Shown here in pieces: positions 9,549 to 18,800 of a stretch of 64,000 nucleotides of DNA. Numbering within the stretch: the first letter of the stretch is position 1; every line of letters begins with the position of its first letter. This DNA comes from an uncultured Haloferula sp. (GTDB taxonomy: Bacteria; Verrucomicrobiota; Verrucomicrobiia; Verrucomicrobiales; Akkermansiaceae): positions 576,001 through 640,000 of the forward strand of contig CBFGTS010000001.1 of assembly GCA_965652295.1 (NCBI GenBank). The letters are read 5' to 3'. Below the pieces are notes generated by a model. That model saw nothing but the letters and a program-made list of their open reading frames with translations. It ran no database searches and was not told where the DNA came from. A program made the translations under genes and the position numbers.

Positions 9549-10145
9549 GTGAAAAACCCGATTTTGAGCAAACTCACGCGCATTCTGGAATCGGCCGGCG
9601 GACGCGCCCGGCCTCTTTCGGCGGAGCTGCTGCCGTTGGTTTATGACGAACTGCGGAACGTCGCCCGCGAGCGGATGTCGGCAATGGCCCCCGGCCAGAC
9701 CCTGCAACCGACCGCGCTGGTTCATGAGGCCTGGCTGAAGCTGTCCAGCGACGACGCGCGCTCGTGGAACGACCGCACTCATTTCTTTCGCGCTGCGGCC
9801 CAGGCGATGCGCCAGATCCTGGTGGACCGGGCGCGGGCGAAGGCCACCCACAAGCGCGTGGTGAACCCGGAGGTTTTCGAAATGCAGCAATTCGACCTCG
9901 CCGACGCGACGCTGGACGAGCGCGTGCTGCTGGTGGACGAGATGATGACCCGGCTGGAACTGGACGAGCCGGACAGCGTGCGACTGATCACGCTGAAATT
10001 TTTCGGCGGCCTGACCAACCGGGAGATCGCGGCGATGGACGGCGTGACCGAGCGCACGGTGGAGCGCCACTGGTCCTATGCCAAGGCGCTGCTCTATCAG
10101 ATGATCCGCGAGGAAACGGGACATGAAACAGCTGCCGTCGATTAA
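9549..10145 (+). CDS. ECF sigma factor, ECF43/TIGR02999-like (kinase-activated type); start may be TTG at 9564
   Basis: LLPLVYDELR, TLQPTALVHEAW, HFFRAAAQAMRQILVD, FFGGLT..EIA...TVERHW; overlaps the downstream kinase gene. Confidence 0.93.
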   Translation: MKNPILSKLTRILESAGGRARPLSAELLPLVYDELRNVARERMSAMAPGQTLQPTALVHEAWLKLSSDDARSWNDRTHFFRAAAQAMRQILVDRARAKATHKRVVNPEVFEMQQFDLADATLDERVLLVDEMMTRLELDEPDSVRLITLKFFGGLTNREIAAMDGVTERTVERHWSYAKALLYQMIREETGHETAAVD

Positions 10146-12318
10146 TCGCCTGCTGTTTATCGCCGCGTCGGGGTTTTCCTCCGCTGAGGAAAGGCGGATC
10201 TTTCTGGAGTACGCCTGCCGTGGCGACGAGGCGCGGCTGAAGCGGTTGATGGCGTTGCTCAAGGCTCGGGGCGAGGCGGAGGACTTTTTCGAATTCCAGC
10301 CGGAGGTGGAGCCGGTGCCGGAAACGTCGGGAGACGGGGATGGCGGACTGGGTGCGCGGATCGGGCCTTACCGGCTGATCGACCGTCTCGGCGCGGGCGG
10401 TTGCGGCGTGGTTTACCTGGCGGAGCAGCAGGAGCCGGTGAAGCGGAAGGTGGCGCTGAAGATCATCCGCCTGGGAATGGACACGGAGAGTGTGATCGCG
10501 CGTTTCGCCATGGAGCGCGAGGCGCTGGCGCTCATGGACCACCCGAACATCGCGCGGGTGCTGGACGCCGGCACCACATCGTCGGGGCGGCCGTTTTTCG
10601 TGATGGAGCTGGTGGATGGCGAGCGGATCACGGATTTCTGCGACCGCAAGCGGCTCGGCCTGCGCGAGCGCCTGCTGCTCTTCGTGCAGGTGTGCGAGGC
10701 CATCCAACACGCGCACCAGAAGGGCGTGGTCCACCGGGACATCAAGCCGTCGAACATCCTGGTGCGCGACCACGATGGCCGCGCGGTTCCAAAGGTGATC
10801 GATTTCGGCATCGCCAAGGCAACGGCCGGCGGGTTCGACGGCGAGGCGACGTTCACGCGCCTGGGGCAGCTCGTCGGTACGCCGTCGTACATGAGCCCGG
10901 AACAGGCGGAAGGTAGTCAGGATATCGACACGCGCAGCGACATCTACAGTCTTGGCGCGTTGCTGTGCGAGCTGCTGACCGGGCGGCCGCCGTTCAGCCC
11001 GGAGCAGTTCAAAGACCGTGGGATCGATGAGATCCGCGCCATCCTGCGTGAGGAGGAGGCGGGTGTGCCGTCGAAACGCTTGCGCGGCAATTCCCCGGAC
11101 GAAATCCGCAGGATCGCCGGGCACCGCGCAGCCGATCCGAGAAAGCTGCCCGGGCAACTCGCGGGTGATCTCGACTGGATCGTGATGAAGGCCATCGAGA
11201 AGGACCGCCAACGCCGCTACGGGACGGCCAACGCGCTGGCGATGGACGTGCGGCGCTGCCTGAACGAGGAACAAGTGTTGGCACGCCCGCCGAGCCGCGG
11301 CTACCTGCTGGCGAAGCTTTTCCGACGCAACCGGATCGCCTTCATCGCGGGCGGAGTGGCCATGTTCGGCTTGCTCGGCGGCTTCGGAGTTTCGACCTGG
11401 TTGTTCCTGCGGGAAAGGGAAGCCCATGAGGAGCAGGCGCGGTTGCGGGTGGAGGCGGAGAAGGCGCGGGCGGTGGAGATCCGCTTGCGCGAGAAGGCCG
11501 AGGCAGCCGACCTGGTGACGCAGGCGGCGGTGCTGGTGCGTTACCGCGAACTGGAACAAGCCGATGCGCTGCTGGCTGGGCTTTCACCCAGGCAGGTGCC
11601 GCTTTCGCTGGAGGCTGCCGACACCTTGAAGGCGGTGGCCGACTGGAATCTGACCCAGGCCCGATGGAAGGCCGCCGCGGAGCGCTTCAGCGCATTGGTG
11701 CCGGTGATCACCAGCGTGGACATGACCGATACCGACCGGATGTCGTTCATCCTGATGCCCGCCGCCACTGCCATCAAGGAGTGGGGCGAACCGCGGCAAT
11801 ACGGTCGGCTTCGTGAACTGGCGATCCAGCGGTTTGGAGATTCCTCGAATGATGCCGTCGCTTCGCAGGCGATCAAATCCGTCCTGCTGGAGCCGGCCGA
11901 CGAAGCGACGCTGCGGGCGCTGCCGCCATTGGCGGAGGTGCTTGAGGAGGGGCTGAAGCGGCCTGAGATGGTGAAAGATCGCTATATTTCGGCGTGGCGG
12001 CAGTTCTCGCTCGCGCTGCTGGCCTACCGGCAGGGTCGCCTCGACACCACGGAATACTGGATTCGCCGTAGTTCGACGTCGCCGGTCGGCACCGGCTCGC
12101 TCACGGCATCCAACCGGATCCTGCTTGCGATGGCCGACCTTCAGAAAGGTCGGATTGACGACGCCCGGGCCGCTCTGACCGAGGCGCGCCGGGCCGTGGA
12201 GCGCTGGGAAAGCGAATCCTTTCAGCTCGGTTCCACGGTGGATCTTTGGTTCGACTGGGGCAATGCGCGGATTCTGCTGAAAGAGGCGGAACAGATGCTG
12301 GCCCGGCCGAGTGAGTAG
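10123..12318 (+). CDS. Membrane Ser/Thr protein kinase (STK2) with periplasmic TPR-like sensor
   Basis: GAGGCGVV, VALK, HRDIKPSN, DFG, YMSPEQ; TM segment; overlaps the sigma gene by 23 nt. Confidence 0.95.
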   Translation: MKQLPSINRLLFIAASGFSSAEERRIFLEYACRGDEARLKRLMALLKARGEAEDFFEFQPEVEPVPETSGDGDGGLGARIGPYRLIDRLGAGGCGVVYLAEQQEPVKRKVALKIIRLGMDTESVIARFAMEREALALMDHPNIARVLDAGTTSSGRPFFVMELVDGERITDFCDRKRLGLRERLLLFVQVCEAIQHAHQKGVVHRDIKPSNILVRDHDGRAVPKVIDFGIAKATAGGFDGEATFTRLGQLVGTPSYMSPEQAEGSQDIDTRSDIYSLGALLCELLTGRPPFSPEQFKDRGIDEIRAILREEEAGVPSKRLRGNSPDEIRRIAGHRAADPRKLPGQLAGDLDWIVMKAIEKDRQRRYGTANALAMDVRRCLNEEQVLARPPSRGYLLAKLFRRNRIAFIAGGVAMFGLLGGFGVSTWLFLREREAHEEQARLRVEAEKARAVEIRLREKAEAADLVTQAAVLVRYRELEQADALLAGLSPRQVPLSLEAADTLKAVADWNLTQARWKAAAERFSALVPVITSVDMTDTDRMSFILMPAATAIKEWGEPRQYGRLRELAIQRFGDSSNDAVASQAIKSVLLEPADEATLRALPPLAEVLEEGLKRPEMVKDRYISAWRQFSLALLAYRQGRLDTTEYWIRRSSTSPVGTGSLTASNRILLAMADLQKGRIDDARAALTEARRAVERWESESFQLGSTVDLWFDWGNARILLKEAEQMLARPSE

Positions 12319-12363
12319 CGGCGGGCATTATTTTCGGAAGCGGTGGAAAAAACGCGCCTCCCG

Positions 12364-12394
12364 TGTCGGGATTTCCGGCGGCTTCTCGTTCTTT
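12364..12394 (+). promoter_or_regulatory. Putative ECF promoter, module 2 (TGTCGGG-N16-CGTTCT)
   Basis: Matches the 9454 element; lies between STK2 and the PEP-CTERM gene, preceded by an A-tract. Confidence 0.55.
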
Positions 12395-12462
12395 CCGTGA
12401 ATCCTCCATTCTGCCCCAGCACTTGCCGGGGGGGCTTGGGGGGTTCCGAAAGCCCCATATCC

Positions 12463-13230
12463 ATGAAAAAGAATCCTACCTACCTATTGTTGCCCCTGGC
12501 GTTGAGCCTCGTCGGCACCTCCCAAGCCAGTTTCGTCCTGATTGACGACTTTGAAAGCTACGCCGACGGCGTGAATGGCACCACCACGACCCCGGCTTGG
12601 AATCAAGGATTTCCCGCCGGAGGATCCAATAGCGCTACCACCGTGGTGGGTGCTGATACCGGCAGCGGCCAAGCCCTTCACTACGCCCATGGTGGCAGTG
12701 GCGGGCAGATCAATTACTCCTCCGTGGGAACGATCGCGGCGGAAGGCTCCACCGGGACCATCTTCTTCCAATCCTACCTGGATGCCACCGGTTCCGACAC
12801 GCTGTTCGCATTCGGGCGATCGGGGCTGGGCGCCTACGGAGATCTGGCGACGCTTGTGCGGGTGCCAAGCGACCTCATTGTCGAGGTGCACAACGGAGGA
12901 TACGCCAATACCTCGACCACGATCGCGGCGGACACGCTCTATAACTTCTGGGTGGTGATCGACAATTCAGCCAACACCTCCTCGCTGTATTATTCGGCGG
13001 GCGGCCCCGGTGAAACCCCCACCCTGATTCAATCCGGGTTCGTCTTCCGGAACACCACCTCCGGGGACATCAATACCTTTTATCTGGGTACCAACTCGGG
13101 ATCAGTAGGTTTCCTCGACAACATCTACGTCGATTCCACCGGCGCGAATCTCACGAACCCGGTCCCCGAGCCTTCCATCGCCCTGCTCGGTGGTCTCGGC
13201 GTGCTTGGATTGATCCGTCGGCGTCGCTGA
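12463..13230 (+). CDS. PEP-CTERM surface protein consisting of domain Y
   Basis: Signal peptide MKKNPTYLLLPLALS; IDDFESY...LYNFWVVIDN...DNIYVD; C-terminal VPEPSIALLGGLGVLGLIRRRR. Confidence 0.92.
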   Translation: MKKNPTYLLLPLALSLVGTSQASFVLIDDFESYADGVNGTTTTPAWNQGFPAGGSNSATTVVGADTGSGQALHYAHGGSGGQINYSSVGTIAAEGSTGTIFFQSYLDATGSDTLFAFGRSGLGAYGDLATLVRVPSDLIVEVHNGGYANTSTTIAADTLYNFWVVIDNSANTSSLYYSAGGPGETPTLIQSGFVFRNTTSGDINTFYLGTNSGSVGFLDNIYVDSTGANLTNPVPEPSIALLGGLGVLGLIRRRR

Positions 13231-13253
13231 AGAGATCAGCCCGAACTTCATCC

Positions 13254-13284
13254 GGGGCACGCGCGTGGCGCGTGCCCCCTTGTA
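13254..13284 (+). terminator. Stem-loop after the PEP-CTERM gene
   Basis: Perfect 11-bp stem GGGGCACGCGC/GCGCGTGCCCC with a 3-nt loop. Confidence 0.6.
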
Positions 13285-13309
13285 TTCCTCAACTCTTCCA
13301 TACGCTGGG

Positions 13310-15796
13310 ATGAAACACTCAGATACCCAAATCCGTGCCCTTCTCGCTCCTCTGGCGCTGGGTCTCATTGGTGCCGCTCAAGCGCAGTTCACCTTGGTCG
13401 ATGACTTCGAAAGCTACACCGCTGGAGTCAACGGCAACACGACGACGCCGCCGTGGGTCCAAGGCTTTCCTGCGGGCGGCGCGAACGCGACCACGACGGT
13501 CATCGGACCCGATGATGCCGCCGGCCAGGCGCTTCGTTATACCCACGCAGGCAGTGGAGGACAGATCAACTACTCCAACGTCGGAACCATCGCCGCCGAG
13601 GGAGCGGTCGGTACGATTTTCTTCCAAGCCTACCTCGACGCCACCGGTTCCGACACCCTGTTCGCTTTCGGCCGTTCCGGACTCGCGGCCTACGGAGATC
13701 TCGCGGTGCTTTTCCGGGTTCCCAGCGATCTGATTGTCGAGGTTCACAACGGTGCCTATGCCAATACGGCAACCACCTTGGCGGCCGACACCCTCTACAA
13801 CTTCTGGGTGGTCATCGACAACGCGGCGAATACAGCGACGCTCTATTATTCGGCGGGAAATTCCCAGGCAACGCCGATCTCCATCCAGGCGGGCTTTGCG
13901 TTCCGCAATGCAACGGCGGGAGACATCTCCACTTTCTACTTGGGAACAAATGGGGGTTCTACCGGCTTCATCGATAATATCTACATCGATGCAACCGGCT
14001 CCAACCTCGCGAATCCGGCTTTCACCGATACGGATGGAGACGGCCTGGATGATGCCTGGGAACTCACCTATGGCCTGGATCCTGACGATGACGGCACCAC
14101 CGGGGAGAGTTCACCGGGTGCCAAGGACGGTCCGAATGGCGCTTTGGGCGACCCGGATGAGGACGAGCTGTCCAACCTCGGCGAGTATCAGGCAGGAACG
14201 GATCCCCAAGAGCCGGACACGGATGGGGACACGCTCACCGATGGCGAGGAAATCGCCGGCACTTTGAACGCGTTTGCCTCGGGAACCCCGACCGATCCCT
14301 TGCTGGCGGACAGCGATGGCGACGGCGCGAACGATTTCGAGGAAAACGGCTCGCTGAACACGGCTTTTTCCAACGAGCCGACCGATCCGAACGTCGCGGA
14401 CACTGATGGCGACGGCATGGACGATGCCTACGAGCTGCTTTGCAATACTTCCGGTTCGGCGCTCGATCCGAACGACGATGGCAGTGGTGACCCGACACAG
14501 GCTCCCACCGGAGACCGGGACGGAGATGAACTGACCAATTTGGAGGAGTACCAGGCGTTTCCGCAAACCCGGGCCGATCTCGCTGATACCGACGACGATG
14601 GCCTGAGCGACAAGGTCGAGGATTCATTTGGTTCGTGGGGCGATGTGGAAGCGACCGGCACCGATCCCACGAACCCCGACACCGATGGCGATGGCCTACT
14701 CGACGGGGAGGAGAACTTTGATCTGAGCACGTTTAACGGCGGTCCCGGTTTCCCCGGGCAGGGCGTGACGCCCACCAACTCCGACCCGAACCTGGCGGAC
14801 ACGGACTTCGACGGGTTTTTCGATGGCTACGAGGTGGAGCAGGGAACCGATCCCGACGACGCGGCGGATTTTCCCACCCAACCCGAAGGCTTCCAGCTGG
14901 TGGAGGACTTCGAAGGGACGGGCATGGTCATTGGCCAGACGTTCAATGGCGTGAACGGTTGGGTGGCCCAAATTTCGGATGCCGCGGTGGTGGAGGATGA
15001 GCCGATCGCCGGCGGCGATCAGATCGGCTCCTTCGTCCGGCCCACGGGGCAGGCTCCGTCGTCACTCTATCGCTCGATCGCGAACCTGGGATATCAGGTG
15101 CTCGAGGGCAACACGGGCACGTTGTTCATGCAGCTTTACGTCCCGATCGGCGGCGTGGACAACAGCTTCGGATTCTCCGACGTGTCCGCTCCGGGCTTCG
15201 ACTTCGGGGCATATGAAGCGCAGCTCGTCATGGCGGGTGCGGCGAATGAACTCCGGGTGCGCGATGCCGGAGCCTTCCGGGTGCGAGGCACCCATCGGGT
15301 GGGCGAGTGGATGAATGTCTGGATCGTGGCGGACAACGGCACGGATACCCTCAGGGTCTTCGTGCAGAGCCCGGCGGCGCAGTCCGGTCAGGTGGAGATC
15401 ACGGACGATTTTGGCACGGATGCATACAACTTCCGAAACGGCACGCTGGAGGCGCTCTCCACTTTGTATTTCGCCCACAATGGCGGGACCGAGCTGCCGG
15501 TGCTCTTCGACAACGTCTATGTCGATCCCGGTGCCTCCAACCTCACCACACCCGCGGCGGCCAAACCCGTTCTGGTCACGGGAGCCCCGACGATCACCGA
15601 TGTGTTTTTCGAGAGCGGCGATCTGAAGATCCGGTTCACGCCCGGCGGAACCGGCTTCACGCTCACCTCCTCGAACGATCTGGTCTCGCCCTTCGTCGAG
15701 GAAACCAACGCGACGTACGACGGGATCGACACCTTCACGGTGCCGGCGTCGGCACTGGCTCCGGAGAGGGATTTCTTCCGGGTGGAGGAGCCCTGA
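13310..15796 (+). CDS. Secreted non-catalytic protein: domain Y + many Asp-rich DxDGDG (TSP3-like Ca-binding) repeats + divergent second Y-like domain + C-terminal putative sorting domain
   Basis: N-terminus highly similar to the 12463 protein; repeated DTDGDG(L)xDxxE...TDP; ends SSNDLVSPF...RDFFRVEEP. Confidence 0.87.
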   Translation: MKHSDTQIRALLAPLALGLIGAAQAQFTLVDDFESYTAGVNGNTTTPPWVQGFPAGGANATTTVIGPDDAAGQALRYTHAGSGGQINYSNVGTIAAEGAVGTIFFQAYLDATGSDTLFAFGRSGLAAYGDLAVLFRVPSDLIVEVHNGAYANTATTLAADTLYNFWVVIDNAANTATLYYSAGNSQATPISIQAGFAFRNATAGDISTFYLGTNGGSTGFIDNIYIDATGSNLANPAFTDTDGDGLDDAWELTYGLDPDDDGTTGESSPGAKDGPNGALGDPDEDELSNLGEYQAGTDPQEPDTDGDTLTDGEEIAGTLNAFASGTPTDPLLADSDGDGANDFEENGSLNTAFSNEPTDPNVADTDGDGMDDAYELLCNTSGSALDPNDDGSGDPTQAPTGDRDGDELTNLEEYQAFPQTRADLADTDDDGLSDKVEDSFGSWGDVEATGTDPTNPDTDGDGLLDGEENFDLSTFNGGPGFPGQGVTPTNSDPNLADTDFDGFFDGYEVEQGTDPDDAADFPTQPEGFQLVEDFEGTGMVIGQTFNGVNGWVAQISDAAVVEDEPIAGGDQIGSFVRPTGQAPSSLYRSIANLGYQVLEGNTGTLFMQLYVPIGGVDNSFGFSDVSAPGFDFGAYEAQLVMAGAANELRVRDAGAFRVRGTHRVGEWMNVWIVADNGTDTLRVFVQSPAAQSGQVEITDDFGTDAYNFRNGTLEALSTLYFAHNGGTELPVLFDNVYVDPGASNLTTPAAAKPVLVTGAPTITDVFFESGDLKIRFTPGGTGFTLTSSNDLVSPFVEETNATYDGIDTFTVPASALAPERDFFRVEEP

Positions 15797-15816
15797 TCCC
15801 GGGGTAAGGTCTCTGC

Positions 15817-18800
15817 GTGAAACGAAACCAAGCTTCTTCGCGACTTGCGGCCCCGGTCATCCTCGGATGGCTGGGGTTCGGCTCGTGGGCCGTGGCGGAC
15901 TGGAGCCTGATTGAGGATTTCGAGGGGTTCTCACCGGGTGACAGCGGTGGTTTCAGCCAGATTTTCGGCGATCCGGACATCATTTCCGTGGTTTCGGATC
16001 CCTTGGTCGATGGTCTCGGTCTCGGCGTCACGGGAGGCGGCGGCGGCGGTCGGCTGAGCGGAAGCGACGCTCCCTGGGTGATCGCTCCCGAGGGAGGGAA
16101 GGGGACGCTCTTTTTCCAAGCCGCGGCCGTCGCCACGGGCAGCGATCTGCTGTTCGCATTCGGGCGTAGCGGGGTGACGCAGTATTCCTCGCTTTCGGTG
16201 CTCTTCCGCCTGCCCGCGGACCTGATCCTCGAGGTCCACGACGGAGGATACGTCAATACCGGGACCTCGGTCGAACTGAACACGGTTCACAATTTCTGGG
16301 TGGTCATCGACAACGACACCAACCGTTGGGATTTGTACACTTCAACCGGCGCGGATGCTCCTCAGTTGGTTCAAGATGACATCAGCTTCCGCAGCACGGT
16401 TTCCGGAAACATCGACACGATCTACCTCGGGACGAACTCGGGCTCGATCTATGCGATCGACAACATCTACGCCGACTCGGGTAGCGAGAACCTCGGCTTT
16501 CCGCCGATCTCCGCTCTTCAGCCGGTGGCGGAGACCGATGCGGTCGAGGTTGGCGTGGGCGGGGCGATCCGCTTCGATCCGCTGGCGAACGACACGGGCA
16601 GCCTCGACCCCGCTTCTCTGGAAATCATTGCCGCTCCGACGCACGGCACGGCCACGGTTTCGGACGGTCGGATGGTCTATCGGCACGATGGCGGCGTGGC
16701 GGCGACGGACAGCTTCAGCTACCGCGTCGGCAACCTGCCCGGAACGGCCCACGCCGAGGCTGTGGTGGCGGTCTCGATCCATGACGCGATGCGTCTCGCG
16801 AACTCGACGCTCCAGGTCCCGGCCGAGCCGCCCTCCGCGGCCACGGGCACCATGGTGATCGAGGATGCCCTTCCGGGGCTGACCTTTCCCGAGGCGATCG
16901 CCATGACGACCATCCCCGGCAGCCCTGAATCGCTGCTAGTGGCCAGCACCCGCGGCGACATCTGGTATGTACCGGACTCCACCGCTGCCAATCCGACGCG
17001 CCATCTGGTGCTCAATCTCGATTCCCTGACGAATGAAACCCGCGGGCGCAGCATCTATTCACTGGAGTGCTTTCCGGATTTCGCGACCACCGGCCACATC
17101 GTGGTGACCTATCAGGGCGACGCCACCCGGCTACCGCAGCCGACTTCGTCGATCCCGAACCTGGACAAGGATGGCGAGCCCTATTCGACGATCACCTGCG
17201 ACCTGCGGATCTCCCGTTTCACGCTTTCGCCCGCCCATCTCGAGGGGGCGATGGATGGGTTGAGCAGTGGGGAAAACGCGGATGTTCTCGCGACCGAATG
17301 GCCGTATTTGAATCTCGCGGAGCAGGATTTTTTTCACTCGATCAACGACGCCAAATTCGGGCCGGACGGCTACCTCTACGTCAGCTTTGGCGACGAGGGC
17401 GATCAGGGTGCGCCGTACCGGAACACGCAGACCATCACCAAGGACCAGTACAGCTCGGTGATCCGCATCGACGTGGATCCTGCATCGACGAATCCGAAAC
17501 CGAATCCGCACTACGCCATCGCCGTCGGTCCCTTGAATGGCAGTCACAGTCCGAACACGCCGTTCACCGATGCGGCGGTGCAGGAACCCAACTTCCGCGT
17601 GCCGGCGGACAACCCTTTCGTCACCCCGGCCAGGGGCGGAAGCTGGGACGGGTTTTTCAACGGGATCGACCACTCGGCGGTGCTCGATCAGGTCCGCGAT
17701 GAGATTTGGGCGGTGGGCTTGCGGAACCCGTTCAAAATCCACATCGACCAGGAAGAGGGCAGCGGGGAGACCGAGGTGTGGGTTGGCGATGTCGGCAAGA
17801 ACGACCGCGAGGAATTCACCGTGCTGAAGAAAGGCGGCAATGGCGGCTGGGCCTTCTACGAGGGCGAAATCCTCACGCCGGACCTGAACTACACGCCGCC
17901 CGAGCCGGCCGGCTCGAATCCCCATGCGCCGCCGGTTTTCGCCTACCCGCACACCAGCGGCAACAACTCCGCCACCGGCGGCATCGTTTACCACGGCACC
18001 CGGCTCGCTTCGCTGACCGGCCGCTACCTCGCCGGCGACTTCGGCTCCGGCCGCATATGGAGCATCAGCCGCGATGGCTCGTCGGTGGTCGAACTCACCG
18101 GGCTGCGCCAAAGTTCGAATCGCATCGTCGATTTCCATCCCGACCCGATCACAGGGGATATCTTCGTGTTGGAAAACAACACCTGGTCCGGCGGCGCGCT
18201 GCCGCGGGTCTTGCGGATCACCTTGCAGGAGGTGGCGCAGGAGGACTATCCGCAGACGCTCTCCGAGCTGGGCATCTTCGCCGACCTCGCCGACTTCAGC
18301 CCCAATCCCGGGGTGGTGCCCTACGAGGTGAACCTCCGTTTTTGGTCGGACGGCGCGGACAAGTCGCGCTGGTTTTCGATCCCGGACCTCGGCGATACCA
18401 TGGGCTACTCGCGTGATGGCAACTGGAGTTTTCCCGAGGGCATGGTGTGGGTGAAGCACTTCGATTTCGACCTCGACCGGTCGCAGCCGGGCAGCCAGGT
18501 GAAGCGCTTGGAAACGCGGGTGCTCGTCCGCAATGCCGGGGGGGCGTATGGCGTTTCCTACCGCTGGAATGAGGAGGGAACGGGCGCGACGCTGGTGCCC
18601 AATGAGGGGCAGGGATTTCCGATCGACTACACCGAGGCCGATGGATCTCCGGCAAGTCTCACCTGGCAGATCCCGGCGCGGGCCGAATGCATGACCTGCC
18701 ACACCGAGTCCGGCGGTCACGCGCTCAGCATGAACACGCGGCAGTTCAATCGCCCCGCCGCCCTTGCGGGACGCGAGGGCAACCTGCTCGGGCTTCTCTC

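Noticed and set aside
14026..14870. DxDGDG repeats as a CRISPR array or as dockerins
   Set aside because: They are degenerate in-frame coding repeats without constant DNA repeat or spacer length; they lack the paired dockerin pattern and no cohesin is evident, fitting TSP3-like Ca-binding repeats better
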